This document shows positions 18,563 to 26,585 of a DNA stretch of 35,168 bases, in pieces. The DNA is from Aciduliprofundum sp. Lineage in GTDB: Archaea > Thermoplasmatota > Thermoplasmata > Thermoplasmatales > ARK-15. The stretch is from positions 1 through 35,168 of the forward strand of contig PNIT01000043.1 of the NCBI GenBank assembly GCA_002878135.1, given 5' to 3'. Below the pieces are notes generated by a model. That model saw only the letters and a program-made list of their open reading frames with translations, made no database searches and was not told where the DNA came from. Position 1 is the stretch's first letter; each line of letters begins with the position of its first letter. The position numbers and the translations under genes are program-made.

Positions 18563-18982
18563 TCAGACAAGTGTTTTCTTATTCAGCTCATTCAGCTTTT
18601 CAAAATAGTTGTAAACCTGTTTTGAATATTCAACTATCCTCCTCACCCTTTCATCATGATCCTGCATACTTATTATTGGAAGGAGGAATTTCTCCATGAT
18701 CTCCTGCCTTCTCCTTTCAAAAACATCTATGAAGTTTATATTCGCCGTGTATTTAGTGGTACCATTTTCCCTGTTTTTCTCCACGAGACCCTCCTTCATA
18801 AGATAGCTTATTGATGAATATATTCTTGCAATTGAATAATTAATTTTTCCAGCTATTTCCATTATGGTGAGTGGCTCATTTGAAAGTGCCAGAAGCGCAT
18901 ATATGGTACTTTCCGCATCTCCAAAACCAAGATACTGCATCATCTTCTTTATTGTTTGCATGAGCTCTTCCTTTTTATCCAT
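18563..18982 (-). CDS. Winged-helix transcriptional regulator (MarR/GbsR-like)
   Basis: 139 aa with a wHTH segment, STIYALLALSNEPLTIMEIAGKINYSIARIYSSISYLMKEGLVEK...KYTA. It is divergent from the CDF transporter gene. Confidence 0.7.
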   Translation of the reverse strand: MDKKEELMQTIKKMMQYLGFGDAESTIYALLALSNEPLTIMEIAGKINYSIARIYSSISYLMKEGLVEKNRENGTTKYTANINFIDVFERRRQEIMEKFLLPIISMQDHDERVRRIVEYSKQVYNYFEKLNELNKKTLV

Positions 18983-18990
18983 ATACCCAT

Positions 18991-19023
18991 GGAAAAATTA
19001 AAGCTAGCTTAAAAAATTTTTCC
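18991..19023. promoter_or_regulatory. Imperfect 33-bp palindrome in the regulator/CDF divergent promoter (candidate operator)
   Basis: The sequence is GGAAAAATTAAAGCTAGCTTAAAAAATTTTTCC. The outer arms GGAAAAATT/AATTTTTCC and the central AAGCTAGCTT are perfect inverted repeats. The segments between them are unequal in length. Confidence 0.35.
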
Positions 19024-19074
19024 CCAGCTGAGGTAGAATATTAATAAAATAACCTTAAATACGCTGAAAAAATT

Positions 19075-20223
19075 ATGAGACAGATGAGAAGGGAGCAGTA
19101 TGCCTACCTTGAGGGTACGGTAAGCGTGGCAGGTAACATTGTCATATTCATTCTCAAATTATATATAGGTATAATGATAAATAGTCTCTCCCTGATCTCT
19201 GACGCATACCACACATTGACGGATATCATTGGATCCATTATAATAATTATAGGATTTTATTTTGCAAGCAGACCACCGGATGAACTCCATCCCCTGGGTC
19301 ATGGGAGGATAGAGCACCTGACAACACTCATGGGTGCCATAGTACTATTCCTCACGGGGGGTTTCATAGTATTCGAGGGTTTTCTCAGGCTGCTGAAACC
19401 TGAGGAGATAATATTCAACATATTCTTCATCGCAGTTATACTCCTTACGGTTATAATAAAGGAGGGTATGGCTAGGCTTGCATTCCACTATGGAAGGAAG
19501 ATAGAAGGCGATGCACTTAATGTTGATGCCTGGCATCACAGGAGCGATGCTCTCCTTTCAATCGGTGTCATTGCAGTAATATTCCTCAATGGATACTTCA
19601 TCTACCTTGATGGCATTTTCTCAATATTCGTGGGTATTCTGATAATATACGAGGCCATGATTTTTTCAAGGAAGGGCATAAGTAAACTTCTGGGTGAAAG
19701 TCTCCCAGATGAAAAGATGAGGATTCTCCGTGATATATTTTCAAGGAATGGAGTTAAGGCACATGACATAATGGTTCATGACTACGGTAACAGGAAGATA
19801 ATTACACTGCACATTGACCTTGACTCTTCAATAAGTGCAGGCGAGGCTCACATGATAGCTAGCAATGTTGAAAATGATATAAGGGATAGGCTTGGTATGG
19901 ATGCAACAGTTCATGTGGATACATATGATGTTAACCTAAGCAACAGTATAGAACTTGATTTCAGGGAGATAATAAAATCCTTCCCCGAGATAAAGGGTTA
20001 CAGGGATTTTGAGATATATTCATCCTCAAGGGGTCCACATGCTGATGTCTTCCTGTATTTTGATCCTGGGATAACCCTTGAAAAAATGGAGGATATATCA
20101 AACTCACTGGAAAAATTATTCATTAAAAAATATGGAATAAGGCTTTTTACACATTTTGAATCAATTCACCAAAATATTAATTTAAGTGAAAAAAATACAG
20201 AACATGTAGGTGATCAAAGATGA
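19075..20223 (+). CDS. Cation diffusion facilitator (CDF) metal efflux transporter with an extended C-terminus
   Basis: 382 aa with a six-TM CDF core (SLISDAYHTLTD, HHRSDAL) and a cytoplasmic ZT_dimer-like domain. About 90 further residues look like a second copy of that domain. Confidence 0.9.
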   Translation: MRQMRREQYAYLEGTVSVAGNIVIFILKLYIGIMINSLSLISDAYHTLTDIIGSIIIIIGFYFASRPPDELHPLGHGRIEHLTTLMGAIVLFLTGGFIVFEGFLRLLKPEEIIFNIFFIAVILLTVIIKEGMARLAFHYGRKIEGDALNVDAWHHRSDALLSIGVIAVIFLNGYFIYLDGIFSIFVGILIIYEAMIFSRKGISKLLGESLPDEKMRILRDIFSRNGVKAHDIMVHDYGNRKIITLHIDLDSSISAGEAHMIASNVENDIRDRLGMDATVHVDTYDVNLSNSIELDFREIIKSFPEIKGYRDFEIYSSSRGPHADVFLYFDPGITLEKMEDISNSLEKLFIKKYGIRLFTHFESIHQNINLSEKNTEHVGDQR

Positions 20224-20813
20224 AAGACATAGATGAACTTGCAAAAAAGGCCCTTGAACTTAAGAACAAGGGGATCCCCGAGAAGGAGATTGCTACAGAA
20301 TTGCATCTTTCAACACAAACTGTACAATGGTTATTGTCCAGAGGTTTTGAAAAGAAGGTTTCTGCCCCTAAGGATGTTAGGATAGGGTGGAGGTCAGTGG
20401 GTGTTTATCCTTACAGGATTTCCAAGCTTGCTGAAATATTTTCTGATATAATACTGGAGGAAATGAATTCAAAGAGTTTTTCAGTGGATTCTATTGTTGG
20501 TATTGCGATAAATGGTATTCCAATAGCAACATTTGTTGCTGAGCAGCTAGATTCTGAACTAATAATTTACAGACCAAGCCCAACGGACAAGGAGGGTACA
20601 TTCAGCTCAAACTATGCATCGGTGGCGGGTAAGAACGTCGTTATAGTGGATGATGTTGTGAGTACAGGGGAAACAATGTCAAAGGCTATAAGGGACATAA
20701 AGAAAAACGGTGGAAATCCAGTTCTGGCAATCTGCATAGTGAACAAGCAGACAAACGATGAGATCGATGGTGTTGTTCTGAGATCCCTGATAAGGACCAG
20801 GTTAATAGAATAA
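20220..20813 (+). CDS. gfcR: GfcR-type regulator (N-terminal HTH fused to a PyrE-like phosphoribosyltransferase domain)
   Basis: 197 aa with an HTH (IPEKEIATELHLSTQTVQWLLSRG) and the PRPP-binding motif VVIVDDVVSTGETM. It shares an ATGA overlap with the CDF stop. Confidence 0.8.
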   Translation: MKDIDELAKKALELKNKGIPEKEIATELHLSTQTVQWLLSRGFEKKVSAPKDVRIGWRSVGVYPYRISKLAEIFSDIILEEMNSKSFSVDSIVGIAINGIPIATFVAEQLDSELIIYRPSPTDKEGTFSSNYASVAGKNVVIVDDVVSTGETMSKAIRDIKKNGGNPVLAICIVNKQTNDEIDGVVLRSLIRTRLIE

Positions 20814-20814
20814 C

Positions 20815-21282
20815 TTATTCCTTCTTTATTAAATCCCCCAGGGTGAGTTTTTCATTCTTAGTCTTTGATATGGTTTCACCGTGGATCACCTTTTCAGTCA
20901 ATTTTATTGAATAGAACCTTTCAAGTTTTCTTATGAGCTCCTTATCAGGTTTCATCTCACCCCTCTCAATCTTAGAAAGAACATTCTTCTTCTCAAGGAG
21001 TTTTTTTGCAGCGTCCTCAAGTGAAAGATTCCTTGATTCCCTGGCATGCCTCAACCTTTCACCATAATCATCCACGAGTACCTCACTCTCATCCAGAAGG
21101 TCATTCTGCTTCCTCTGCTCCCTCTGCTGTGGAACCATCTGTGGATGCTCTCTTTTAACTATCTTCTTCTCCTCAATGGGTACACCGAGGCGAGCACAAT
21201 CATCGCATACATTCATCACTGCCCCCTCAATTAACACCTTCCTCAACCTCGGAACATTCTTTCCACAAACCTCACATATCAT
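20815..21282 (-). CDS. mbf1: Archaeal multiprotein bridging factor 1 (aMBF1; zinc ribbon plus XRE-type HTH)
   Basis: 155 aa with an N-terminal CEVCG...CDDCA zinc ribbon and a C-terminal cro/C1 HTH (RHARESRNLSLEDAAKKLLEKKNVLSKIERGE). Confidence 0.85.
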   Translation of the reverse strand: MICEVCGKNVPRLRKVLIEGAVMNVCDDCARLGVPIEEKKIVKREHPQMVPQQREQRKQNDLLDESEVLVDDYGERLRHARESRNLSLEDAAKKLLEKKNVLSKIERGEMKPDKELIRKLERFYSIKLTEKVIHGETISKTKNEKLTLGDLIKKE

Positions 21283-21427
21283 CTTACTTCACTGATAATT
21301 GTAAACAAATTTTTTATAAAACCTTTTCTGAGATTTTTATTTTAAAAGAACTAATTTTTTTATAAATACAGAAATTTCTAGAAAAATAAATATATGTGTT
21401 TTAAATAATTGTGATAAAGGTGAGTAA
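21283..21427. promoter_or_regulatory. Divergent AT-rich promoter region for mbf1 and pan
   Basis: Two near-identical TATA-like boxes are present: TTTTTATAAA at 21311-21320 and TTTTTTATAAAT at 21355-21366. A GGTGA Shine-Dalgarno-like element lies at 21419-21423, 5 nt before the pan ATG. Confidence 0.45.
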
Positions 21428-22609
21428 ATGGCAAAGGATGATGTGGAGCCTGGCATATCATTTGATATAGAGAGGGAGGAATTTTTAAAGCATCTAAGGA
21501 TTCTTGAGAGTGAAAAGAGGTATCTGGAGAATGAGATTAAAAGGCTCCAGTTTGAGCTTGACCAGATGAAGAGGGAACTGAACAGATTGAGGGCGCCGCC
21601 ACTCCTCCTCGGTAATGTTGAGGATGTTCTATCTGACAAAAAGGTGGTGGTGAGGAGCTCCACAGGACCATCATTCGTTGTCAATGTATCAGATAATGTT
21701 CCATACGAGAAATTAAAATCCGGTGTCAGGGTAGCACTCAACAAGACAACACTTGCTGTGATAGGTGTTTTGCCTGAAAGCTATGATCCATCTGTTGTTG
21801 CAAGCGAAATAATAGCAAAGCCAGATATTACATACGAAGACATAGGTGGATTAGAGGAGCAGCTGAGAGAGGTGAGGGAGACCGTTGAACTGCCTCTCCT
21901 GCACCCTGAACTTTTCAGGAAGGTGGGCATAGAACCTCCAAAGGGCATTCTCCTGATAGGCCCTCCCGGTACTGGTAAAACACTCATAGCAAAGGCAGTT
22001 GCACACCATACAAATGCTACATTCATAAGAACCGTTGGTTCCGAACTTGTAAGGAAATATATAGGAGAGGGTGCAAGGCTCGTGAGGGAGCTCTTTGATC
22101 TTGCAAGAGAGAAATCACCTTCCATACTCTTCATAGATGAGATTGATGCAATAGGTGCCAGGAGGATGGATCTATCAACATCGGGAGACAGGGAGGTGCA
22201 GCGCACTCTCATGCAGCTCCTGGCAGAGATAGATGGATTTGATCCCCTTGGCAATGTGAAAATAATAGCAGCAACAAACAGGCCAGATATACTTGATGAG
22301 GCCCTGATAAGGCCAGGAAGATTTGACAGGATCATAGAGATACCGCTGCCGGATGAAAATGCAAGGGAGCAGATATTCAGGATACACACAAGGAATATGA
22401 GTGTAAAGGATGCTGACTTAAGGGTACTCGCCAGGGAAACAAAGGGAATGTCCGGTGCAGACATCAAGGCCATATGCACGGAGGCGGGCATGAATGCAAT
22501 AAGGGAAATGAGGGATTATGTTACAATGAGGGATTTCATCAAGGCCATAGAAAAGGTTAAAAAATCGACGGGGGGAGAGGAAGTCACCCCCGGACATATG
22601 TTTGGATGA
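21428..22609 (+). CDS. pan: Proteasome-activating nucleotidase PAN (AAA+ ATPase)
   Basis: 393 aa with an N-terminal coiled coil, an OB domain, Walker A GPPGTGKT, Walker B LFIDEIDA and the second region of homology. Confidence 0.95.
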   Translation: MAKDDVEPGISFDIEREEFLKHLRILESEKRYLENEIKRLQFELDQMKRELNRLRAPPLLLGNVEDVLSDKKVVVRSSTGPSFVVNVSDNVPYEKLKSGVRVALNKTTLAVIGVLPESYDPSVVASEIIAKPDITYEDIGGLEEQLREVRETVELPLLHPELFRKVGIEPPKGILLIGPPGTGKTLIAKAVAHHTNATFIRTVGSELVRKYIGEGARLVRELFDLAREKSPSILFIDEIDAIGARRMDLSTSGDREVQRTLMQLLAEIDGFDPLGNVKIIAATNRPDILDEALIRPGRFDRIIEIPLPDENAREQIFRIHTRNMSVKDADLRVLARETKGMSGADIKAICTEAGMNAIREMRDYVTMRDFIKAIEKVKKSTGGEEVTPGHMFG

Positions 22610-22672
22610 ATCAGGGACTCATAGGGTTCATCACAGCATATGCTCAGCTGACCCTCTTTTCATCACATTCAT
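22606..22672 (-). ncRNA. Box C/D sRNA (2'-O-methylation guide)
   Basis: The minus strand reads AUGAA-U-GUGAUGA-AAAGAGGGUCAG-CUGA-GCAUAUGCU-GUGAUGA-ACCCUAUGAGUCC-CUGA-UUCAU. Box positions are C at 22660-22666, D' at 22644-22647, C' at 22628-22634 and D at 22611-22614. The guide spacers are 12 and 13 nt. A 5-bp terminal stem pairs 22668-22672 with 22606-22610. Confidence 0.75.
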
Positions 22673-23187
22673 TGGTAATTGTATCCTAGCCTGACGGCAT
22701 CAAGATTCTCCTTTTCTGTTCCTCTGGGGACAGATTCCTCCACCGCCCTTATCAGGGATTCCTTTGAAACAACATTTGTTTTAGCCACGAGGAAACCAAG
22801 CATTATCATGTTCACGGATGTTGTCTTATTGAACTTTTCCCTGGCAAGCCTGGTGGCGGGGATTCCGTATATTCTCTCCGTCTCCCTTGGTTTTACAAGT
22901 TCACTCTCATATATAAGTATGCCTGTGGATTTTAATGTACCCAGGGCAGAATCATATCCCTGCTGTGAAAAGGCTACGAGTATATCAGGTTCAAGAACAT
23001 ATGGATAGTCTATCTTCTCATCCGATATTACAACCGAAGAGCTTGAAAATCCACCCCTTGTCTCTGCACCATAGCTTTCTGTGAATACTGCCTCCTTCTT
23101 CTCATAGATTGCTGCAGCCTTGCCCAGAATCAGACCCGCAAGTATTACCCCCTGTCCCCCACTTCCGACAAACTTAATTCCTACCAT
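22669..23187 (-). CDS. 2-oxoacid:ferredoxin oxidoreductase gamma subunit (PorG/KorG family), orphan
   Basis: 172 aa with the GSGGQGVILAG motif and the typical gamma-subunit length. No alpha, beta or delta subunit genes are adjacent. Confidence 0.85.
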   Translation of the reverse strand: MVGIKFVGSGGQGVILAGLILGKAAAIYEKKEAVFTESYGAETRGGFSSSSVVISDEKIDYPYVLEPDILVAFSQQGYDSALGTLKSTGILIYESELVKPRETERIYGIPATRLAREKFNKTTSVNMIMLGFLVAKTNVVSKESLIRAVEESVPRGTEKENLDAVRLGYNYQ

Positions 23188-23192
23188 AATTA

Positions 23193-23582
23193 TTACTTCA
23201 CTCTTATTTTATTTCTGTCTATCTTTATTCCGCTTGGAGTCACAAAAAGGTAGTTCTTACCAATGGCAACAACGTCTCCATCAACGTCCTTCGCTACATT
23301 CTTCAATTCGCTTATTATCCTCCTTAATGTGAGTTCATCCTCAGCCACTGGCGTATAATCAAGTATGAGGATGTCACCGTTATAAACGAACTCTGAGAAA
23401 TCCTTTACCTCTTCAAACCTGTATATCTCCCCTATCCTTACCATTGGTCCGCTTCCACCAAGCTCAATTCCACCCTCGTATTCATTCAGATCAAGGTATT
23501 TTCTAGGCTCAACATTTGAAGCGGGCTTATCCAGAGGTTTAATCGGTCTCCTCCTGAAGAATGCTGGCATATTTACTATCAC
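23193..23582 (-). CDS. sepF: Cell division protein SepF (archaeal FtsZ anchor, DUF552)
   Basis: 129 aa. A basic N-terminal segment is followed by a SepF core (YLDL ... VRIGEIYRFEEVKDFSEFVYNGDILILDY ... GDVVAIGKNYLFVTPSGIKI). The start is GTG at 23582 or ATG at 23570. Confidence 0.8.
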   Translation of the reverse strand: MIVNMPAFFRRRPIKPLDKPASNVEPRKYLDLNEYEGGIELGGSGPMVRIGEIYRFEEVKDFSEFVYNGDILILDYTPVAEDELTLRRIISELKNVAKDVDGDVVAIGKNYLFVTPSGIKIDRNKIRVK

Positions 23583-23650
23583 CTATCATTAGGTAAGCAT
23601 ATAGGATAATAAAAATTTTGCGTAATTTTTCAAATATAAAAATTATGGTA

Positions 23651-24313
23651 TCAGTATACTATTCTTTTCAATATACCCTCCATTCTCTCATAGTCAACAA
23701 CAACAAATACCCTTTCACCCTCCCTATTCCCACTTATCATTCTTGCCATATGGGCCTCCCTCTCATCCTCTATCTCCCTGAAACCTGATATCCTGTTTAT
23801 CTCATTATCCCATTGCAAAGAGAATTCCTCGGGTGTTTTTGCACTGAACCTTTTTCTGTACAGCTTCTTCTTCCTTAGGGAATGTCTTATGAGCATGAAT
23901 GTGCTTATCTTATTTGTATATAGCTCTGAATATTCCTTCTCATCCAGATCTATGGCTACTATCCTTACATTCTCCTTTAAGGACATCTCCACGGCCTTGA
24001 GGTATGAGGGTACTGGCAGCTTTACCTTTCCAAATCTCTGAAGGTTCAGCCCCCATATTATCTCATAATCCGATATATCCACCATGAAGGGATTTTTAAT
24101 GAACTCAAAAAGGCCCTCAAGATCCTCCTTGGAAATACCCACCATGATGAGATCGGGTTTAAATTCAATGAAAATTTTTTCAATATCCTTCTCCTCACTG
24201 AGCATGCCCCTTACAGTTCCATATATTAAATAATCCTTACCGTTGAGTTTAAGATTTAAACTTTTTTCCATCACTGTAACTCCTAATTTTATTTGAAATA
24301 AAAATTTTGGCAT
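23651..24313 (-). CDS. TraB/PrgY-family-like protein (tentative)
   Basis: 220 aa. IYGTVRG stands where TraB proteins carry GTAHV, followed by KPDLIMVG and a later EREAHMARMI segment resembling the TraB RD..MA motif. An alternative ATG lies at 24271. Confidence 0.45.
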   Translation of the reverse strand: MPKFLFQIKLGVTVMEKSLNLKLNGKDYLIYGTVRGMLSEEKDIEKIFIEFKPDLIMVGISKEDLEGLFEFIKNPFMVDISDYEIIWGLNLQRFGKVKLPVPSYLKAVEMSLKENVRIVAIDLDEKEYSELYTNKISTFMLIRHSLRKKKLYRKRFSAKTPEEFSLQWDNEINRISGFREIEDEREAHMARMISGNREGERVFVVVDYERMEGILKRIVY

Positions 24314-24374
24314 AAGAATTTTTTAAAAAAACTTTATATTAATAAATGCAATACCTCTTGCAGGAGGTTAGCTT

Positions 24375-24602
24375 ATGGATATTACTACAGCTATATATGC
24401 TCTAGCGGCTGCCATATCTATGGCAGGAGGTCTTATAGGTACAGGTCTTGCGCAACAGGGTATAGGTGCAGCTGGGATGGGTGTGGTTGCTGAAAAACCT
24501 GAGAAGATGGGTCAGGTCCTATTCTTCCTTGTTATACCTGAGACCCTGTTCATATTCGGTTTTGTGTTTGGTCTGATCATACTTATGCACATCCTTGGTT
24601 GA
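24375..24602 (+). CDS. atpK: A-type ATP synthase subunit K (proteolipid c)
   Basis: 75 aa forming a two-TM hairpin, with a glycine-rich helix 1 and the ion-binding Glu in VIPETL. AGGAGGT lies at 24362-24368 upstream. Confidence 0.9.
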   Translation: MDITTAIYALAAAISMAGGLIGTGLAQQGIGAAGMGVVAEKPEKMGQVLFFLVIPETLFIFGFVFGLIILMHILG

Positions 24603-24606
24603 AAAA

Positions 24607-25176
24607 ATGGCAATTGAAGATTTAATTAAGGAAATTGAAGAGAAGGGAAGGTTAGAGATTGAAATCATAAGGAAGGATACTCAGGAGAAGGTATCAAGAA
24701 TAATCAGTGACGCAAACGAAAAAGCAAGGAGGATCATTGAGGAGGGAAAAACTTCATTCTCAAAACAGCTTGAATATGAAAAGAGGAAGGCAATATCAAC
24801 AGTGAATATGGAGATGAAGATGCAGTACAGTAGAATTCTCAACGAGATAATTGACAGGAGCGTGGAAGGTGTAATAGGGAAATTATCATTGCTGAGAAAT
24901 ACCAAGGATTACAGTGATTATATCATAAGATCAATAAAAAAGGGTAAGGATCTCCTTGGAGATGATTCTGTGATAATAATATCTGAGAAGGACAGGGATC
25001 TTGTTAAAACAGAGAAAAAGGTAATGTTTTCACAGGGATTGGAGCCTCTGGGTGGAGTTATTATAGAATCACCTGATGGAAGAAAGAGGGCAGACTATTC
25101 AATAAGCACTCTTATAAACGAAAGAATGCTCTGGATAAAACAGGAGATATATGATAGAATAAAGGGGGAATTATAG
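24607..25176 (+). CDS. atpE: A-type ATP synthase subunit E
   Basis: It has a long N-terminal charged helix (IEDLIKEIEEKGRLEIEIIRKD...) and a globular C-terminus. The ORF track starts at a TTG at 24595; the first ATG is at 24607. Confidence 0.85.
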   Translation: MAIEDLIKEIEEKGRLEIEIIRKDTQEKVSRIISDANEKARRIIEEGKTSFSKQLEYEKRKAISTVNMEMKMQYSRILNEIIDRSVEGVIGKLSLLRNTKDYSDYIIRSIKKGKDLLGDDSVIIISEKDRDLVKTEKKVMFSQGLEPLGGVIIESPDGRKRADYSISTLINERMLWIKQEIYDRIKGEL

Positions 25177-25177
25177 G

Positions 25178-26251
25178 TTGCAGGGATTAATCTCTTATGC
25201 CTATGCATATGCGCGATCAAAGGCCATTGAGAGCAATCTCCTTGACATGAATAAATATGAGAATTTGATAGCTGCGCAGGATATACAGCAGATAATAAAT
25301 TCATTGCTTGAAACTGGCTACAGGGACTTCATTTCATTTTTCTCAACAAGGTACTCCGGGACAGATTTAATTGAAGTATCTGTGAACTCAGCACTTGTGA
25401 GGGTTTCAAGGATTGCACTAAGCACAACACCCAGGATTGGACTGGATGCCCTAAGGGCATACATATCCAAATGGGACATAAATAACATAAAAACCATAAT
25501 ATCATCAAAGGCTCTTGGAAGACCAGTGAGGGAGACAGAGACATTCCTGATAAGTGAGAGGGATCTTCCTGCTGGACTTTTTGCAGGTATGATTTCTCCA
25601 GAGGATTACAGGCTGATGGTGGAGGAGAATGATGTTGAATCGATTGTCAAATATCTCCTCAAATTCCCCTATGGAAAGGTGCTTATGGAAGGCCTGGAAT
25701 ACTACAGGAAGACAGGTGATACGGGTGAGATGCTCATACAGCTGGATCTCTTTTACTTTAAAAACCTCAGGGAGAAGGTAAGGATCTATCTTGGGAATGA
25801 GTTACCTGTGCTACATCTCATAGCAAGCCAGATAGACTCAAAAAATATAATGACAATAATCAGGGGTATGGAGCTCGGCATATCTGGTATGGATTTAAAG
25901 AATTATATGATAGATGGGGGATACATAACAAAGTCCAGACTTGATGATCTATTACAGTCATCAAGCGTTGATGAGGTGGTGGAGAAAATAAAGGATTTCT
26001 ACGATCTCACGGGTGCACTTGAGAAATTCCATTCAAACCACGACCTTAAGGACTTTGAGATAATGCTTGAAAAATATATAGTTGAGAAGAACATTACCTC
26101 ATTCAGGCTTGCTTCTCCTGGACTTGCGTCCGTGGTGGGATTGATCCTGATGTATGAGACTGAAAGGGAAAACATAAGGAAGATTTCCTATGGTAAGTAC
26201 TACGGTCTCTCACAGGATACCATAAGATCCATGCTGATAAGGGTGGTATAG
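25178..26251 (+). CDS. atpC: A-type ATP synthase subunit C
   Basis: 357 aa, all-helical, in the position between E and F. It has a TTG start 1 nt after the atpE stop. Confidence 0.85.
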   Translation: MQGLISYAYAYARSKAIESNLLDMNKYENLIAAQDIQQIINSLLETGYRDFISFFSTRYSGTDLIEVSVNSALVRVSRIALSTTPRIGLDALRAYISKWDINNIKTIISSKALGRPVRETETFLISERDLPAGLFAGMISPEDYRLMVEENDVESIVKYLLKFPYGKVLMEGLEYYRKTGDTGEMLIQLDLFYFKNLREKVRIYLGNELPVLHLIASQIDSKNIMTIIRGMELGISGMDLKNYMIDGGYITKSRLDDLLQSSSVDEVVEKIKDFYDLTGALEKFHSNHDLKDFEIMLEKYIVEKNITSFRLASPGLASVVGLILMYETERENIRKISYGKYYGLSQDTIRSMLIRVV

Positions 26252-26252
26252 G

Positions 26253-26579
26253 ATGGGGGATATCTACAGAATTGCTGTTGTGGGAGAAAGGGCGCTTGTG
26301 CTGGGATACAGGCTCCTGGGGTGCACAGAATGCTATGAGGAGACAGGAGAAGAGGGTGCAAAGAGAATAGTATCACTCTTAAAGAGGGATGATATTGGCA
26401 TAATAATTGCCTCGGATACCATAAGGGACAGCATGTCACAGCAGGAGCTGGAAATGGTAGAATCAACTATCCAGCCCCTGGTGGTTTTCGTACCTTCAAC
26501 AGCTGGCGTGAAGAAGCCGGAGGGGGAGGTGCTTCGCGAATATGTTAAGCGTGTATTAGGTATAGATATAGGAGTGTGA
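26253..26579 (+). CDS. atpF: A-type ATP synthase subunit F
   Basis: 108 aa beginning IAVVGERALVLGYRLLG, which is typical of subunit F. It lies directly upstream of atpA. Confidence 0.85.
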   Translation: MGDIYRIAVVGERALVLGYRLLGCTECYEETGEEGAKRIVSLLKRDDIGIIIASDTIRDSMSQQELEMVESTIQPLVVFVPSTAGVKKPEGEVLREYVKRVLGIDIGV

Positions 26580-26585
26580 AATGTG

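Noticed and set aside
21283-21427. The 145-bp, very AT-rich mbf1/pan spacer as a possible DUE, origin or ncRNA locus.
   Set aside because: It is explained by two divergent promoters: duplicated TTTTTATAAA boxes plus an SD for pan. It has no ORB-like repeats, no ORF and no stable stem structures.
21781-22491. A 236-aa ORF antisense to pan; the 135-aa ORF at 21337-21744 is a similar case.
   Set aside because: It lies entirely opposite a highly conserved AAA+ gene. It has a Ser/Leu/Pro-rich low-complexity composition typical of the reverse frame of a coding region, and no motifs.
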